Below are positions 38,513 through 47,945 of a stretch of DNA of 64,000 nucleotides, in pieces. The DNA lies in contig JAKQLF010000055.1 in assembly GCA_029567325.1 (NCBI GenBank), forward strand, positions 1,581 to 65,580, read 5' to 3'. The notes beneath the pieces are model-generated. The model worked only from the letters and a program-made list of their open reading frames with translations, ran no database searches and was not told where the DNA came from. The translations under genes were made by a program, and so were the position numbers. Origin of the DNA: Bacteroidota bacterium. GTDB lineage: Bacteria > Bacteroidota > Bacteroidia > Chitinophagales > Saprospiraceae. The stretch's first letter is position 1, and every line of letters begins with the position of its first letter.

Positions 38513-39166
38513 ATGTTGAATAAATACCTCGAAATTCAATCACTAAGCTTAGTTTTTATAGGTGAGTTCAATCCTATAATTATTACACCATCATGGTTGG
38601 CTTTAAAAAATCTAATTAGGGAGGAAGAATCAACTAATGCTAATGTAGATGTAATCCATAACGATTTAGTTCAATATGATTTAGATTGGGTGAGTCTTCG
38701 AATTACTAGAAAAAGATGCGAATTTAGAACAATAAAAACTCCATATTTTGACACGGTAAAAGATCTAGCCTCTTCTATTTTTCAAATATTAAAAGAGACT
38801 CCCATTCACTCAATTGGAATTAATCATATATTTGAGTTAAGGTTACCAGATGAAAAAATATATTATCAATTTGGTAACCAATTAACAAATCTTGAAATAT
38901 GGAAGGACGATCTTTCTGACGCTCGCCTAATGAATTTAGAAATAATTGAAACATCAAGAAAAGATTCATTACAAGGTAGGTATAGGGTTAGAATATCTTC
39001 TACGGGTGAAAGCAGTAAATATGGGGTAAGAATAGACATAAACGATCACCTAGATTTTGAAGGCGATTCAAGCTCTGCTGTAAAATTTTTATTATCTAAT
39101 TGGGAAAACTCTTTTGAACGATCGAGTAAAACCGTTTCAAATTTTATTGACAAAATGAACTTATGA
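38513..39166 (+). CDS. Hypothetical protein, island gene A (217 aa, no recognisable family)
   Basis: Clean ATG-started ORF, first of three same-strand coupled ORFs in an AT-rich block. Its stop overlaps the next start (ATGA at 39163-39166). Confidence 0.6.
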   Translation: MLNKYLEIQSLSLVFIGEFNPIIITPSWLALKNLIREEESTNANVDVIHNDLVQYDLDWVSLRITRKRCEFRTIKTPYFDTVKDLASSIFQILKETPIHSIGINHIFELRLPDEKIYYQFGNQLTNLEIWKDDLSDARLMNLEIIETSRKDSLQGRYRVRISSTGESSKYGVRIDINDHLDFEGDSSSAVKFLLSNWENSFERSSKTVSNFIDKMNL

Positions 39167-39711
39167 TGATTGAAACAGCTGATTTTCAACACTGGGTATT
39201 AGATAATGACTTAGAAAGCAATGGTTTTGACATCAATCAAGGCTTGGCAATCGAATCTTTTAATAGCCAAATTTTTAATTTATCTCTGTCTAAAAAGAAT
39301 GAAAATTTAAATGAGAACACTTTTGTTTCTATACCTGAAAAGGGGGAGATTAAATACCCATTTCTTTTTAAAGAAAGAAAACTATTGAATTATTATAAAA
39401 AAACTCAACATTGGATTGGAGTAGTAACTAAAATCGATAGTGAAAAGTTTTACGTAAATCTATATGACAAAAGTAATGATGATACATATGAAATTGCGGA
39501 ATTTGATTTTGATGAGGTTTCAAAATCTGATATGAATTTGGTTAAGTTAGGATCAATCTTTTACTATAGTTTAGGTTTCGCTTCTAATAACGGACAAATA
39601 AAAAAAGAGTCATTTCTTAGATTCAAAAGAAGTTATCCATTTAGTGACAATGACTTTGAAACAATTGAAAATAGAGCAGAAAAATTTGACCAAAGTATAA
39701 ATTGGGATTAA
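39163..39711 (+). CDS. Hypothetical protein, island gene B (182 aa, no recognisable family)
   Basis: 4-nt overlap with gene A. The sequence is acidic and Asn-rich. The C-terminal half (HWIGVVTKIDSEKFYVNLYD...IAEFDFDEV) is beta-rich. Confidence 0.6.
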   Translation: MMIETADFQHWVLDNDLESNGFDINQGLAIESFNSQIFNLSLSKKNENLNENTFVSIPEKGEIKYPFLFKERKLLNYYKKTQHWIGVVTKIDSEKFYVNLYDKSNDDTYEIAEFDFDEVSKSDMNLVKLGSIFYYSLGFASNNGQIKKESFLRFKRSYPFSDNDFETIENRAEKFDQSINWD

Positions 39712-40844
39712 ATTTGAGTAAACCTGAAAGCAATATTTTCGAATCGACTCTCTTAGGAACGGGTGGGGGATATGGAGAAAGTCTGGTAATTCATTTAGCG
39801 AATGATAATTGGATAGTTATAGATTCTTGTATAAATCCTACAACAAAAGGATCATTACCCTTAGAGTATTTAGAAAACCTAGGCGTTGATCTTAAGAAAA
39901 ATGTTAAAATGATTGTGTGTACACATTGGCATGATGATCATATTAGAGGGCTGAGTAAACTATTAGAAAAATGTGAATCAGCCATATTTTCAATGGCAAA
40001 AGCCACCGATCGAAAAAAATTTCTACGACTAGTTGGATTAGATGACAGAAAGAGGAAACTTGAAAGTTCCATTTCATCAACAATTGAAATAAATAAATGT
40101 CTTGAAATCATAGAAAGAAGAAAAACAACTATTCGTCAATCAATTGAAGACAGACTTTTACTTACCAGTGATGAAAATGGAATAAAATATGAAGTTTATT
40201 CTCTTTCCCCTTCAGATTATATAATGAACCAGTTTGACATTGAAATTTCATCACTTATTACTGAATATGGAAGCTCAAATAGGAAACTCATTTTGGAAAG
40301 CCCTAATTCAAAAAGTGTAGTAATTTATATTAAGGTTAACGAATTAAGAGTTTTACTTGGGGCTGATTTGGAGGTTGAAAAAGATTCAAATCAAAAAGGT
40401 TGGCTTAGAATTTTAGACTCTAGTCAAGTTTTAGCTGGGAAGGCTTCCCTTTTTAAGGTTTCTCATCATGGTTCAGAAAATGGTAATCATGAAAGGATGT
40501 GGACAGAGTTACTATTAGAGAGACCTATAACTAAGTTAACTCCTTGGAATAAAAATGGTAAATTGCCAACTTTAGATATGCTTAACAAAATTCACAATAA
40601 AAGCGAAATTGCCCTTATTACATCTACATTTAGAAATTTAAAAAATAAACCTAAACAACGAGACAAAGACATAACAAAAATCATAAAAACTATGAAACCT
40701 TCTCTGGAAGAAGTTCAATTTTCTTATGGGCAAGTAAATTGTCGCTCAAACATTTTTAATAAAAATAGCATCTGGTGTATTGATTTATCGGGTTCTTCTA
40801 AATTGATTAATACAGATCTTTTCAAAGAATATCCTGTATCCTAA
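39702..40844 (+). CDS. Metallo-beta-lactamase-fold hydrolase, ComEC/Rec2-like subtype (island gene C)
   Basis: MBL motifs in order: VIDSC (Asp), THWHDDHIRG (HxHxDH), LLGADLE (Asp), KVSHHGSENG (His). Only TTG starts are available: 39702 (10-nt overlap with gene B) or 39714 (2 nt after its stop). Confidence 0.7.
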   Translation: MGLNLSKPESNIFESTLLGTGGGYGESLVIHLANDNWIVIDSCINPTTKGSLPLEYLENLGVDLKKNVKMIVCTHWHDDHIRGLSKLLEKCESAIFSMAKATDRKKFLRLVGLDDRKRKLESSISSTIEINKCLEIIERRKTTIRQSIEDRLLLTSDENGIKYEVYSLSPSDYIMNQFDIEISSLITEYGSSNRKLILESPNSKSVVIYIKVNELRVLLGADLEVEKDSNQKGWLRILDSSQVLAGKASLFKVSHHGSENGNHERMWTELLLERPITKLTPWNKNGKLPTLDMLNKIHNKSEIALITSTFRNLKNKPKQRDKDITKIIKTMKPSLEEVQFSYGQVNCRSNIFNKNSIWCIDLSGSSKLINTDLFKEYPVS

Positions 40845-41248
40845 TATTCCCTAATAATAAATAATATTTGATGAACCCATCATCTCAAAGCAAGCAAATT
40901 ACATTTTGAAATTATAATAATCAATACTCAAACACTGTATTATTTGTCAAATTAAATCGCCGCAAAAGTATATTAAGCAAAACAAAGCTTTTTATTATCT
41001 ATTATTTTACAATCAGATTAAAGAATCTATCTATTCTGCTTGTTTGAAATGGAAACAAAAAAAAAATTCGATCGTTAACAAAAGGCCGCTTATGTGCTCA
41101 TTTTCACTTTCCGCACAGGAGTTAGATTTAAGGGGAAGTAAAGGACCCCATAAAGCCATTACCTAGAGTAAAATCCTATGCTAGAAAACATGAAATAAGC
41201 AAAGGAAGCAAATTATTCAAATCAATTGCTCTAAATTTTGAGTCAATG

Positions 41249-42352
41249 TTAAACAAAACGCATTAATTCCCCAACCAGTTCTTCAATCAACGGAATTGGA
41301 TTTTTAATGGCCTCTTCAATATCAGATTCCTTGTTTACCAATGGAAAAGCAATCACATCAGACGGCAATGAAAAGGCTTCATCTGCCTCAACCGTCCCAC
41401 AAATAACATACAATTGTTTCTGATATTTCTGACACAGAGCGTAAATCCCTCCAACCACTTTATTTTGAAAGGATTGTCCATCTAGCCTACCCTCTCCAGT
41501 TATGACAAAATCTACTGATTTAATGATTTCTTCCAGACCAAATAAATCAATAAAAAATTCAATTCCGCTTTTTATCTCTGCATTCAGAAATGCCATTGGA
41601 AGCGTTGCGACAGCGCCCGCAGCTCCGATTCCGGCAACATGCTGCAGGTCTTTATGAAATTCATTGTACAAAATATGATGCAGGTTTCGCAGACCTTGAT
41701 CCAACAATTCAACCTCATCAGCATTTGCACCTTTTTGAGGCCCATAAACATAAGTAGCTCCATTTTCCCCAAACATGGGATTATTCACGTCCGTAAGGAA
41801 AACCAATTCAACTTTAGGCAGCTCACCAGGATGGATTGCTGCAATCTTTATGAGATTGGAGCCTTGAGGGCTAAGCGCATTTCCATCTTTATCCAAAAAC
41901 TGGAATCCCAGAGCAACCAAGATACCCATACCCCCATCATTGGTGGCACTCCCTCCTACCATGAGACAAATACGCTCCAGACCTCTGTTTATCACATCTT
42001 TTAAAACCAAGCCAGTTCCATAAGTGGAGGTGAATAAAGGGTTTCTTTCGCTTTGATTCAGTAATGTCAGCCCTGAAGTCATGGCTAGTTCTATATACGC
42101 TGTCTGATCTTTTACACCGTACCAGCTTTCTATTGTCCGGCCAAGTGGGTCTACTGTGCTGAGGTATATTTTATCAAATTTGAGTTTATCGGCAAGTATG
42201 GCAAGCGAACCATCACCACCATCAGCCATCGGATAAACTTCCAATTGCCAATCCGCCTTTTTTGACAATATCGTAGATGATATAATTTCGCAAACACCTG
42301 CCGCGTCAATCGAACCTTTGAATTTATCTGGAGCAATCAGGATGCGCTTCAT
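41249..42352 (-). CDS. Glycerate kinase
   Basis: MKRILIAPDKFKGS..., MADGGDGS, GGSATNDGGMG and ITGEGRLD motifs. Confidence 0.85.
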   Translation of the reverse strand: MKRILIAPDKFKGSIDAAGVCEIISSTILSKKADWQLEVYPMADGGDGSLAILADKLKFDKIYLSTVDPLGRTIESWYGVKDQTAYIELAMTSGLTLLNQSERNPLFTSTYGTGLVLKDVINRGLERICLMVGGSATNDGGMGILVALGFQFLDKDGNALSPQGSNLIKIAAIHPGELPKVELVFLTDVNNPMFGENGATYVYGPQKGANADEVELLDQGLRNLHHILYNEFHKDLQHVAGIGAAGAVATLPMAFLNAEIKSGIEFFIDLFGLEEIIKSVDFVITGEGRLDGQSFQNKVVGGIYALCQKYQKQLYVICGTVEADEAFSLPSDVIAFPLVNKESDIEEAIKNPIPLIEELVGELMRFV

Positions 42353-42364
42353 GAAACATTAAAC

Positions 42365-43267
42365 TTAGGTGTTGCCGTAACCAAAACCACCTAAAAGTTT
42401 ATCAGAATTTCTCCAATCCTCCTTAACTGTAACGTGTAATTCTAAGTGAATCTGGCTGTTGAAGAATTTCTCCATTTCCAATCTTGCAGCTGTCCCCAAT
42501 TTTTTGATTTCCAAACCTCCCTTTCCGATGATGATGTTTTTCTGATTTGGTCGCTCCACATAAATGACCGCCATTATCCTGATGATGGGGCCATTCTTTG
42601 ACTCGCCTTCTTTAAATGATTCTACAACAACTTCGCAAGCATATGGAACCTCCTGCTTGTATTGCTGCAATAGTTGTTCGCGAATCATTTCGGTAACAAA
42701 AAAGCGCTCATTTTTATCCGATAGTTGATCCTTGGGATAATATGCAGGACCTTCGGGTACAACGTCGCGGATAGAAACCAAAAGATCCGCAAGACCTATT
42801 TTTTCCATTGCAGAAACTGCAAAAACTTTTTCAAAGGGTATGAGTTCAGTCCAGAATTTCTCGAGTACTCCAACCTTGCCACTTCCAGGCTTCAATTGAT
42901 CAATTTTATTGATAATCAAATACTTAGGACAATTTAATTTTTTAGTAAGTTGAATCAGCTTTTCATCACCTTCATATTTTTCAAACACATCGGTGACAAA
43001 TAACAAAAGATCTGCATCTTCAAAAGCTTCGAAAGCTGACGAATTCATCCTTTTATGCAAAGCATATTTTGGATCATCTATAACACCAGGACTATCTGAA
43101 AATATGATTTGCGTATTTTCATCATTCCAAATACCCAAAATACGGTGTCTGGTGGTTTGTGGCTTGGAAGTGATGATGGATAACTTATCGCCTAAAAGCG
43201 CATTCATCAATGTTGATTTACCTACATTGGGGTTTCCAACTATATTAACATATCCTGATCGGTGCAA
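42365..43267 (-). CDS. era: GTPase Era
   Basis: G1 GNPNVGKST, G3 DSPG, G4 NKID and a C-terminal KH domain. A TTG start is assumed. Confidence 0.9.
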   Translation of the reverse strand: MHRSGYVNIVGNPNVGKSTLMNALLGDKLSIITSKPQTTRHRILGIWNDENTQIIFSDSPGVIDDPKYALHKRMNSSAFEAFEDADLLLFVTDVFEKYEGDEKLIQLTKKLNCPKYLIINKIDQLKPGSGKVGVLEKFWTELIPFEKVFAVSAMEKIGLADLLVSIRDVVPEGPAYYPKDQLSDKNERFFVTEMIREQLLQQYKQEVPYACEVVVESFKEGESKNGPIIRIMAVIYVERPNQKNIIIGKGGLEIKKLGTAARLEMEKFFNSQIHLELHVTVKEDWRNSDKLLGGFGYGNT

Positions 43268-43386
43268 ATTTTTACCTTTTAAAGATTCAACTATAGCACA
43301 AAGCTAAAAAAACCACACTATTTCTATTCTATATGTTAGAGAACTTCGCATTGCTACCTATCTTAGCACCTACAAAAGTTTGAAAA

Positions 43387-44157
43387 GTGGCAAAAACGGT
43401 TGCAGAATTACAAAGTGAGGGAAATACATTTGATATTCTATTTTGGGTAGGATGTGCGGGAAGTTTTGATGCAAGGGCCCAAAGAATTACCAAAGCTATG
43501 TGCGAAATCCTGGATCAAGTAGATATTAAATATGCGATCCTTGGTAATGATGAAAAATGTACAGGTGATCCAGCAAGACGTGCAGGAAATGAATTTGTCT
43601 TCCAAATGCTAGCTATTCAAAATATAGAAACACTCAACATGTACGAAGTCAAAAAAATAGTGACTGCGTGCCCGCACTGTTTCAATACCCTCAAAAATGA
43701 ATACCCTGCCTTAGGTGGAAATTATGAAGTCATTCATCATACACAACTACTTCAAGAATTGATTGCTGAAGGAAAACTTAAAGTATCTGGTGGAAAATTT
43801 GAAGGCAAAAAGATCACTTACCACGACTCATGTTACTTGGGTCGAATCAATGGTGAATATGAAGCGCCCAGAAGTGTGATTGCTGCATTGGACATAGATC
43901 TGTCTGAATTAAAAAGAAGTAGAACGACAGGTCTTTGCTGTGGCGCTGGTGGTGCCCAAATGTTTAAAGAGGATGAGCCAGGATTTAAGCGCATCAATGT
44001 TGAGAGAAGTGAAGAAATTATGGCAAGTGGTGCAAATATTGTGGTCGCAAATTGCCCATTCTGCATCACCATGTTGAGTGATGGAATGAAGGCTCATGAA
44101 AAACAAGATGAAATCATGGTCTATGACTTGAGTGAAATGATTATTCAAGCTCGGTAA
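43387..44157 (+). CDS. (Fe-S)-binding protein with two cysteine-rich CCG domains (heterodisulfide-reductase subunit D-like)
   Basis: WVGCAGSFD, CPHCFNTL, CCGAGG and CPFCITML motifs, with a GTG start. Confidence 0.75.
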   Translation: MAKTVAELQSEGNTFDILFWVGCAGSFDARAQRITKAMCEILDQVDIKYAILGNDEKCTGDPARRAGNEFVFQMLAIQNIETLNMYEVKKIVTACPHCFNTLKNEYPALGGNYEVIHHTQLLQELIAEGKLKVSGGKFEGKKITYHDSCYLGRINGEYEAPRSVIAALDIDLSELKRSRTTGLCCGAGGAQMFKEDEPGFKRINVERSEEIMASGANIVVANCPFCITMLSDGMKAHEKQDEIMVYDLSEMIIQAR

Positions 44158-44210
44158 ACATGATTTCCATATAAGGACATTTAGTCCATAAAACACTAGT
44201 TATCAGCCTT

Positions 44211-44888
44211 TTAAGCTAACAACTTTTGGACGTAAAATTCCAACATGTGCAATAATTCATCACTTTGATCTTTTTGATCTCTTTTGATATCTGTCAAACG
44301 TGGTAGATGTTCTGAAAAATAAAGGGTATTAAATGCGCTTTCAATTATTAAAGATGCTGTGGACCTTGGGTATGGATAATCTGCTTTGATGTCTAAAATT
44401 CCTTTGGCAATACGCTCACTTACAGACTTATATGCCGCAAAAAAGCCATCATTATTTTGTTGATCTACTTCTTTGCTGTGGTAAACTTTAGTACCTTCTA
44501 CTATGACAATTCTGTGCAAGATGTCTTCGTCTACGTAAGGCACTTCCAAATCCTTTTTGGCAGCATCAATCAAAACCATCAACATCACCGTCATTCTTTT
44601 TTTGGGTTCTTTGATGTTAATCGTACTGTTTGACAATCTGAAATCCAACCATTCCCAATACCAATTAAGCAGATAAATCAAAAACTTTTGTTTGTTTTCA
44701 AAATAACGATATACAGAAGCTTCTGTGCTTTCTATTTTAGAGGCAAGTCTGCGAAAAGTAAAATTTTCAAATCCGATTTCATCGATCAGAATTATCCCAT
44801 TTTGAATAATCTTCTGCCCCAATTCACTTGATTGTGGATCCTTGATGTATAACTTTTCGTTGACTGTAATACCTAAAAAATGTCCCAT
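44211..44888 (-). CDS. TetR/AcrR-family transcriptional regulator
   Basis: N-terminal HTH: FENFTFRRLASKIESTEASVYRYFENKQKFL. Confidence 0.75.
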   Translation of the reverse strand: MGHFLGITVNEKLYIKDPQSSELGQKIIQNGIILIDEIGFENFTFRRLASKIESTEASVYRYFENKQKFLIYLLNWYWEWLDFRLSNSTINIKEPKKRMTVMLMVLIDAAKKDLEVPYVDEDILHRIVIVEGTKVYHSKEVDQQNNDGFFAAYKSVSERIAKGILDIKADYPYPRSTASLIIESAFNTLYFSEHLPRLTDIKRDQKDQSDELLHMLEFYVQKLLA

Positions 44889-44890
44889 TT

Positions 44891-45433
44891 CTAATAATTA
44901 TCTTTTAAATCATAACAACTAGATACATTGAAGTTTCTTAAAATACGCCCTTGTAATTGCTTCCTTGCCTGAAACAACCTACTTTTCACCGTTCCAATTG
45001 GCACGTTTAACAAGTCTGCTATTTCTTCATATTTATACCCTTCAATCAACATTTTCATAGGAATACCATATTCATTGGACAAACAATTGATTTCCTTGTT
45101 AATTTCTTCTAAGGTAGTTTTCACTTCCCCCAGATTGCGCTCAGAGTCAGAAAAATATTCCACGTAGTCAAAAGTCGAACCAATTGGCTCCTTCACAATG
45201 TGAAATTTTTTCCTTTTGCGGTACATATTGATGAATAAATTCTTCATAATGGTCGATAACCAACCTTTGATATTGCTACCAGGTAAAAATTTCTCTTGGT
45301 TTTTTAAAGCTCTGTAGAGGGTTTCTTGATAAAGATCAACAGCGTCCTCTCTATTTTTTGTTAAACGGAAAGCAAATCCATGTAAAAATTTGCTCTGATT
45401 CTGGATGTTACTGTCAAAAGATAATGTGTCCAT
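44891..45433 (-). CDS. ECF-type RNA polymerase sigma-70 family factor
   Basis: Region 2 (DAVDLYQETLYRALKN...KGWLSTIMKNLFINMYRKRKK) and region 4 (YEEIADLLNVPIGTVKSRLFQARKQL). Confidence 0.8.
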   Translation of the reverse strand: MDTLSFDSNIQNQSKFLHGFAFRLTKNREDAVDLYQETLYRALKNQEKFLPGSNIKGWLSTIMKNLFINMYRKRKKFHIVKEPIGSTFDYVEYFSDSERNLGEVKTTLEEINKEINCLSNEYGIPMKMLIEGYKYEEIADLLNVPIGTVKSRLFQARKQLQGRILRNFNVSSCYDLKDNY

Positions 45434-45777
45434 CGTTTAGTTTTAATAGTTAGTTGCTCAAATATAATAGTAATACTATCATTAACGATAGTTAATTCAA
45501 ATTTGTTTACATTTTTTTTTAAAATTTTTTATATATGAAAAAAGATTTGCGCTTTGAATGATTATTCCAAACAAAAACTATTTATCTGACTACACTACGA
45601 CCATATTGTGTGCTACAGCTCAAGAGGATTTTAAGACTACTGGTGTTTATAAAGTTGATTGCTTGAATATGGGTAAATTTTTCTTCACAACATTACGGAC
45701 AATCCATATTCCGTTTGGTATATAAATTTATACTTTTACACAACTTATGTTATTTAACCAATGTTTAGACAACGTCT

Positions 45778-46260
45778 ATGATTAGAGAACTTATAGCATT
45801 AGAGCCAACGGCAAAGGTCTGGATTTATGTCTCAGACAGATTTTTTTCTGAAGAAGAAACAGAAGAAATAAGAGCTGACCTGTACCAATTTTTAGAAAGT
45901 TGGACAAGTCATAGTCAGCAATTATTGACGTATGGCAATTTATTCCATCACCGGTTTCTGGTCATTTTTGTAGATGATAAGTATGCAGGAGCATCTGGCT
46001 GCTCGATAGATACATCTGTTCGTTTTCTCACATCACTTGGTCAGAAGTACCACGCAGATTTTTTTGATAGAAGCAAAGTTCATGTCCTCATTGATAATCA
46101 GGTGGTCGAGCATAAATTTAGTGATATAAAAAAATTAGTAACAGCAGGAATTATCAATAAAGATACTTTAGTCTTTGACCATACAGTTGCTGACAAAAAT
46201 GGATTTATTAAAAAATGGATACTTCCCATGGAAGAAACCTGGTTTAAAAAGTTTTTATAA
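45778..46260 (+). CDS. Conserved hypothetical protein (160 aa)
   Basis: Clean ORF ending 3 nt before mrp/apbC. No motif recognised. Confidence 0.5.
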   Translation: MIRELIALEPTAKVWIYVSDRFFSEEETEEIRADLYQFLESWTSHSQQLLTYGNLFHHRFLVIFVDDKYAGASGCSIDTSVRFLTSLGQKYHADFFDRSKVHVLIDNQVVEHKFSDIKKLVTAGIINKDTLVFDHTVADKNGFIKKWILPMEETWFKKFL

Positions 46261-46263
46261 AAG

Positions 46264-47355
46264 ATGATAGATAATAATCAAATTGTCAATGCGCTCAAAT
46301 CTGTAAAAGATCCAAAGTCAGGACAGAACATCATCATGGCGAAGATGGTGGAAGATTTGAGGATTGAAGGCCAACAAGTTTTTTTCTCTATTGTCCTTAA
46401 ATCTACAGATCAATCTTTAAAATCCTCACTGAACTTTGCATGCATTGAGGCAATCAATAATGTTTATCCGGAGGCCAATGTAAATATTCACCTCAAGATA
46501 AAATCAGATGCCTTGGATGAAACACACAGTGTACTTCCTCAAGTGAAAAATGTCATTGCGGTTGCATCTGGAAAAGGCGGTGTAGGCAAAAGTACTGTAT
46601 CTGTAAACTTGGCCGTTTCATTGGCTAAAATGGGCGCAAAGGTTGGCTTATTGGATGCAGATGTATATGGTCCATCAATTCCTACGATGATGGGGGTTGC
46701 AGGCCAAAGACCAAAAATTGAAATTCTTTATGGAAAACATAAAATTGTTCCTGTCGAAGCGCATGGCGTAAGTTTAATGTCAGTTGGATTTGTTGTTGAA
46801 CCAGAACAAGCCATCGTTTTGAGAGGGCCACGATTAGGAGGCATGATCAGACAATTTATTCAAGATTGTTTGTGGCCAGATTTGGATTATTTGATCATAG
46901 ATCTTCCACCAGGTACTGGTGACGTGCAGCTCACGCTTGTACAAACTTTACCGGTGACGGGTGTGGTCATGGTCACAACACCACAAAAGGTCGCTCTGAT
47001 TGATGCTGTGAAAGCAATGAACATGTTTCAACTACCCAATATTGGGGTGCCAATCATCGGAGTCGTAGAAAACATGTCTTGGTTTACTCCTGCAGAATTA
47101 CCTGATAATAAGTATTTTATCTTTGGAGAAGGAGGAGGTAAAACACTTGCCAAACAATCAAACTCCGTTTTGCTGGGCCAGATACCTTTAGTTCAAGGAC
47201 TCAGAGAGTCGGGAGACAACGGGGCTCCCATAGCTACTCTAGACGACCACCCTACCGCCAAAGCTTTTGAGAATGTGGCTAAAAATTTTGTAAGACAAGT
47301 GTATATCAGAAACGAAACCATTGAACCAACCAGACTTGTAAAAATGGCTGAATAA
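46264..47355 (+). CDS. apbC: Mrp/NBP35-family iron-sulfur cluster carrier ATPase (ApbC)
   Basis: N-terminal DUF59-like domain, deviant Walker A SGKGGVGKST, and the DLPPGTGD motif. Confidence 0.9.
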   Translation: MIDNNQIVNALKSVKDPKSGQNIIMAKMVEDLRIEGQQVFFSIVLKSTDQSLKSSLNFACIEAINNVYPEANVNIHLKIKSDALDETHSVLPQVKNVIAVASGKGGVGKSTVSVNLAVSLAKMGAKVGLLDADVYGPSIPTMMGVAGQRPKIEILYGKHKIVPVEAHGVSLMSVGFVVEPEQAIVLRGPRLGGMIRQFIQDCLWPDLDYLIIDLPPGTGDVQLTLVQTLPVTGVVMVTTPQKVALIDAVKAMNMFQLPNIGVPIIGVVENMSWFTPAELPDNKYFIFGEGGGKTLAKQSNSVLLGQIPLVQGLRESGDNGAPIATLDDHPTAKAFENVAKNFVRQVYIRNETIEPTRLVKMAE

Positions 47356-47357
47356 AT

Positions 47358-47945
47358 ATGGATGATAACTTATTCGATAAACTAAAATCGCTTTTCAACA
47401 AATCTCAAAAAATTGCACCTTCTAGACCGACTATTCATGAAGAATGGAAGTTAGAGGAGTTTTTGGTCGATATTGAGAGAAGGGAACTCGACGCTGTAAG
47501 ATCATTTTGCGGTCAAATCTTGGATCAATATAAATTTTGGAAATTGGGATTGTCTGTTAAAGATCAGTTCTATTTTATGAATAATGACAAAATCTCCGCA
47601 ATTGCCTTTGACTGTAAACCCAAAGCTTTTGATCACATCCAAAGCATGAAATTCATTTCTGTTGTGGGCAATAAGATCAAGGAAATGAACTACATCATCA
47701 AATTGGCTGATGTGATGACCAGAAGTCGAGATGAAAACATTGAAACTATTTACAAAATATATCTGAAACCTTCCCACCGTTTGCAAATAGAGGAAAAAGC
47801 CAAGCAACTATATGGAAATCTACAGATTGAATATTTGTTGATCAATAACAAACCAATGAGAATTTCATTGAAGGCTTCTAAATATAGCGATCAAAACTAT
47901 GCAGAGGCTCTGCCTTTCGAACAACTATTAGAAATGCTTTCTTAA
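47358..47945 (+). CDS. Hypothetical protein (195 aa)
   Basis: Starts 2 nt after the apbC stop. No motif recognised. Confidence 0.5.
   Translation: MDDNLFDKLKSLFNKSQKIAPSRPTIHEEWKLEEFLVDIERRELDAVRSFCGQILDQYKFWKLGLSVKDQFYFMNNDKISAIAFDCKPKAFDHIQSMKFISVVGNKIKEMNYIIKLADVMTRSRDENIETIYKIYLKPSHRLQIEEKAKQLYGNLQIEYLLINNKPMRISLKASKYSDQNYAEALPFEQLLEMLS

Noticed and set aside
40845-41248. Looked for a tRNA gene, att site or integrase remnant at the right flank of the three-gene cassette
   Set aside because: No cloverleaf-capable sequence and no recombinase-like ORF was seen. Only the 13-bp inverted repeat is reported separately.
43387-44157. Possibility that the CCG-domain Fe-S protein is a 5'-truncated gene, since its usual 4Fe-4S partner gene is not adjacent
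   Set aside because: The N-terminus (…FDILFWVGCAGSFD…) corresponds to the start of full-length ~260-aa family members as I recall them. The partner is probably encoded elsewhere.
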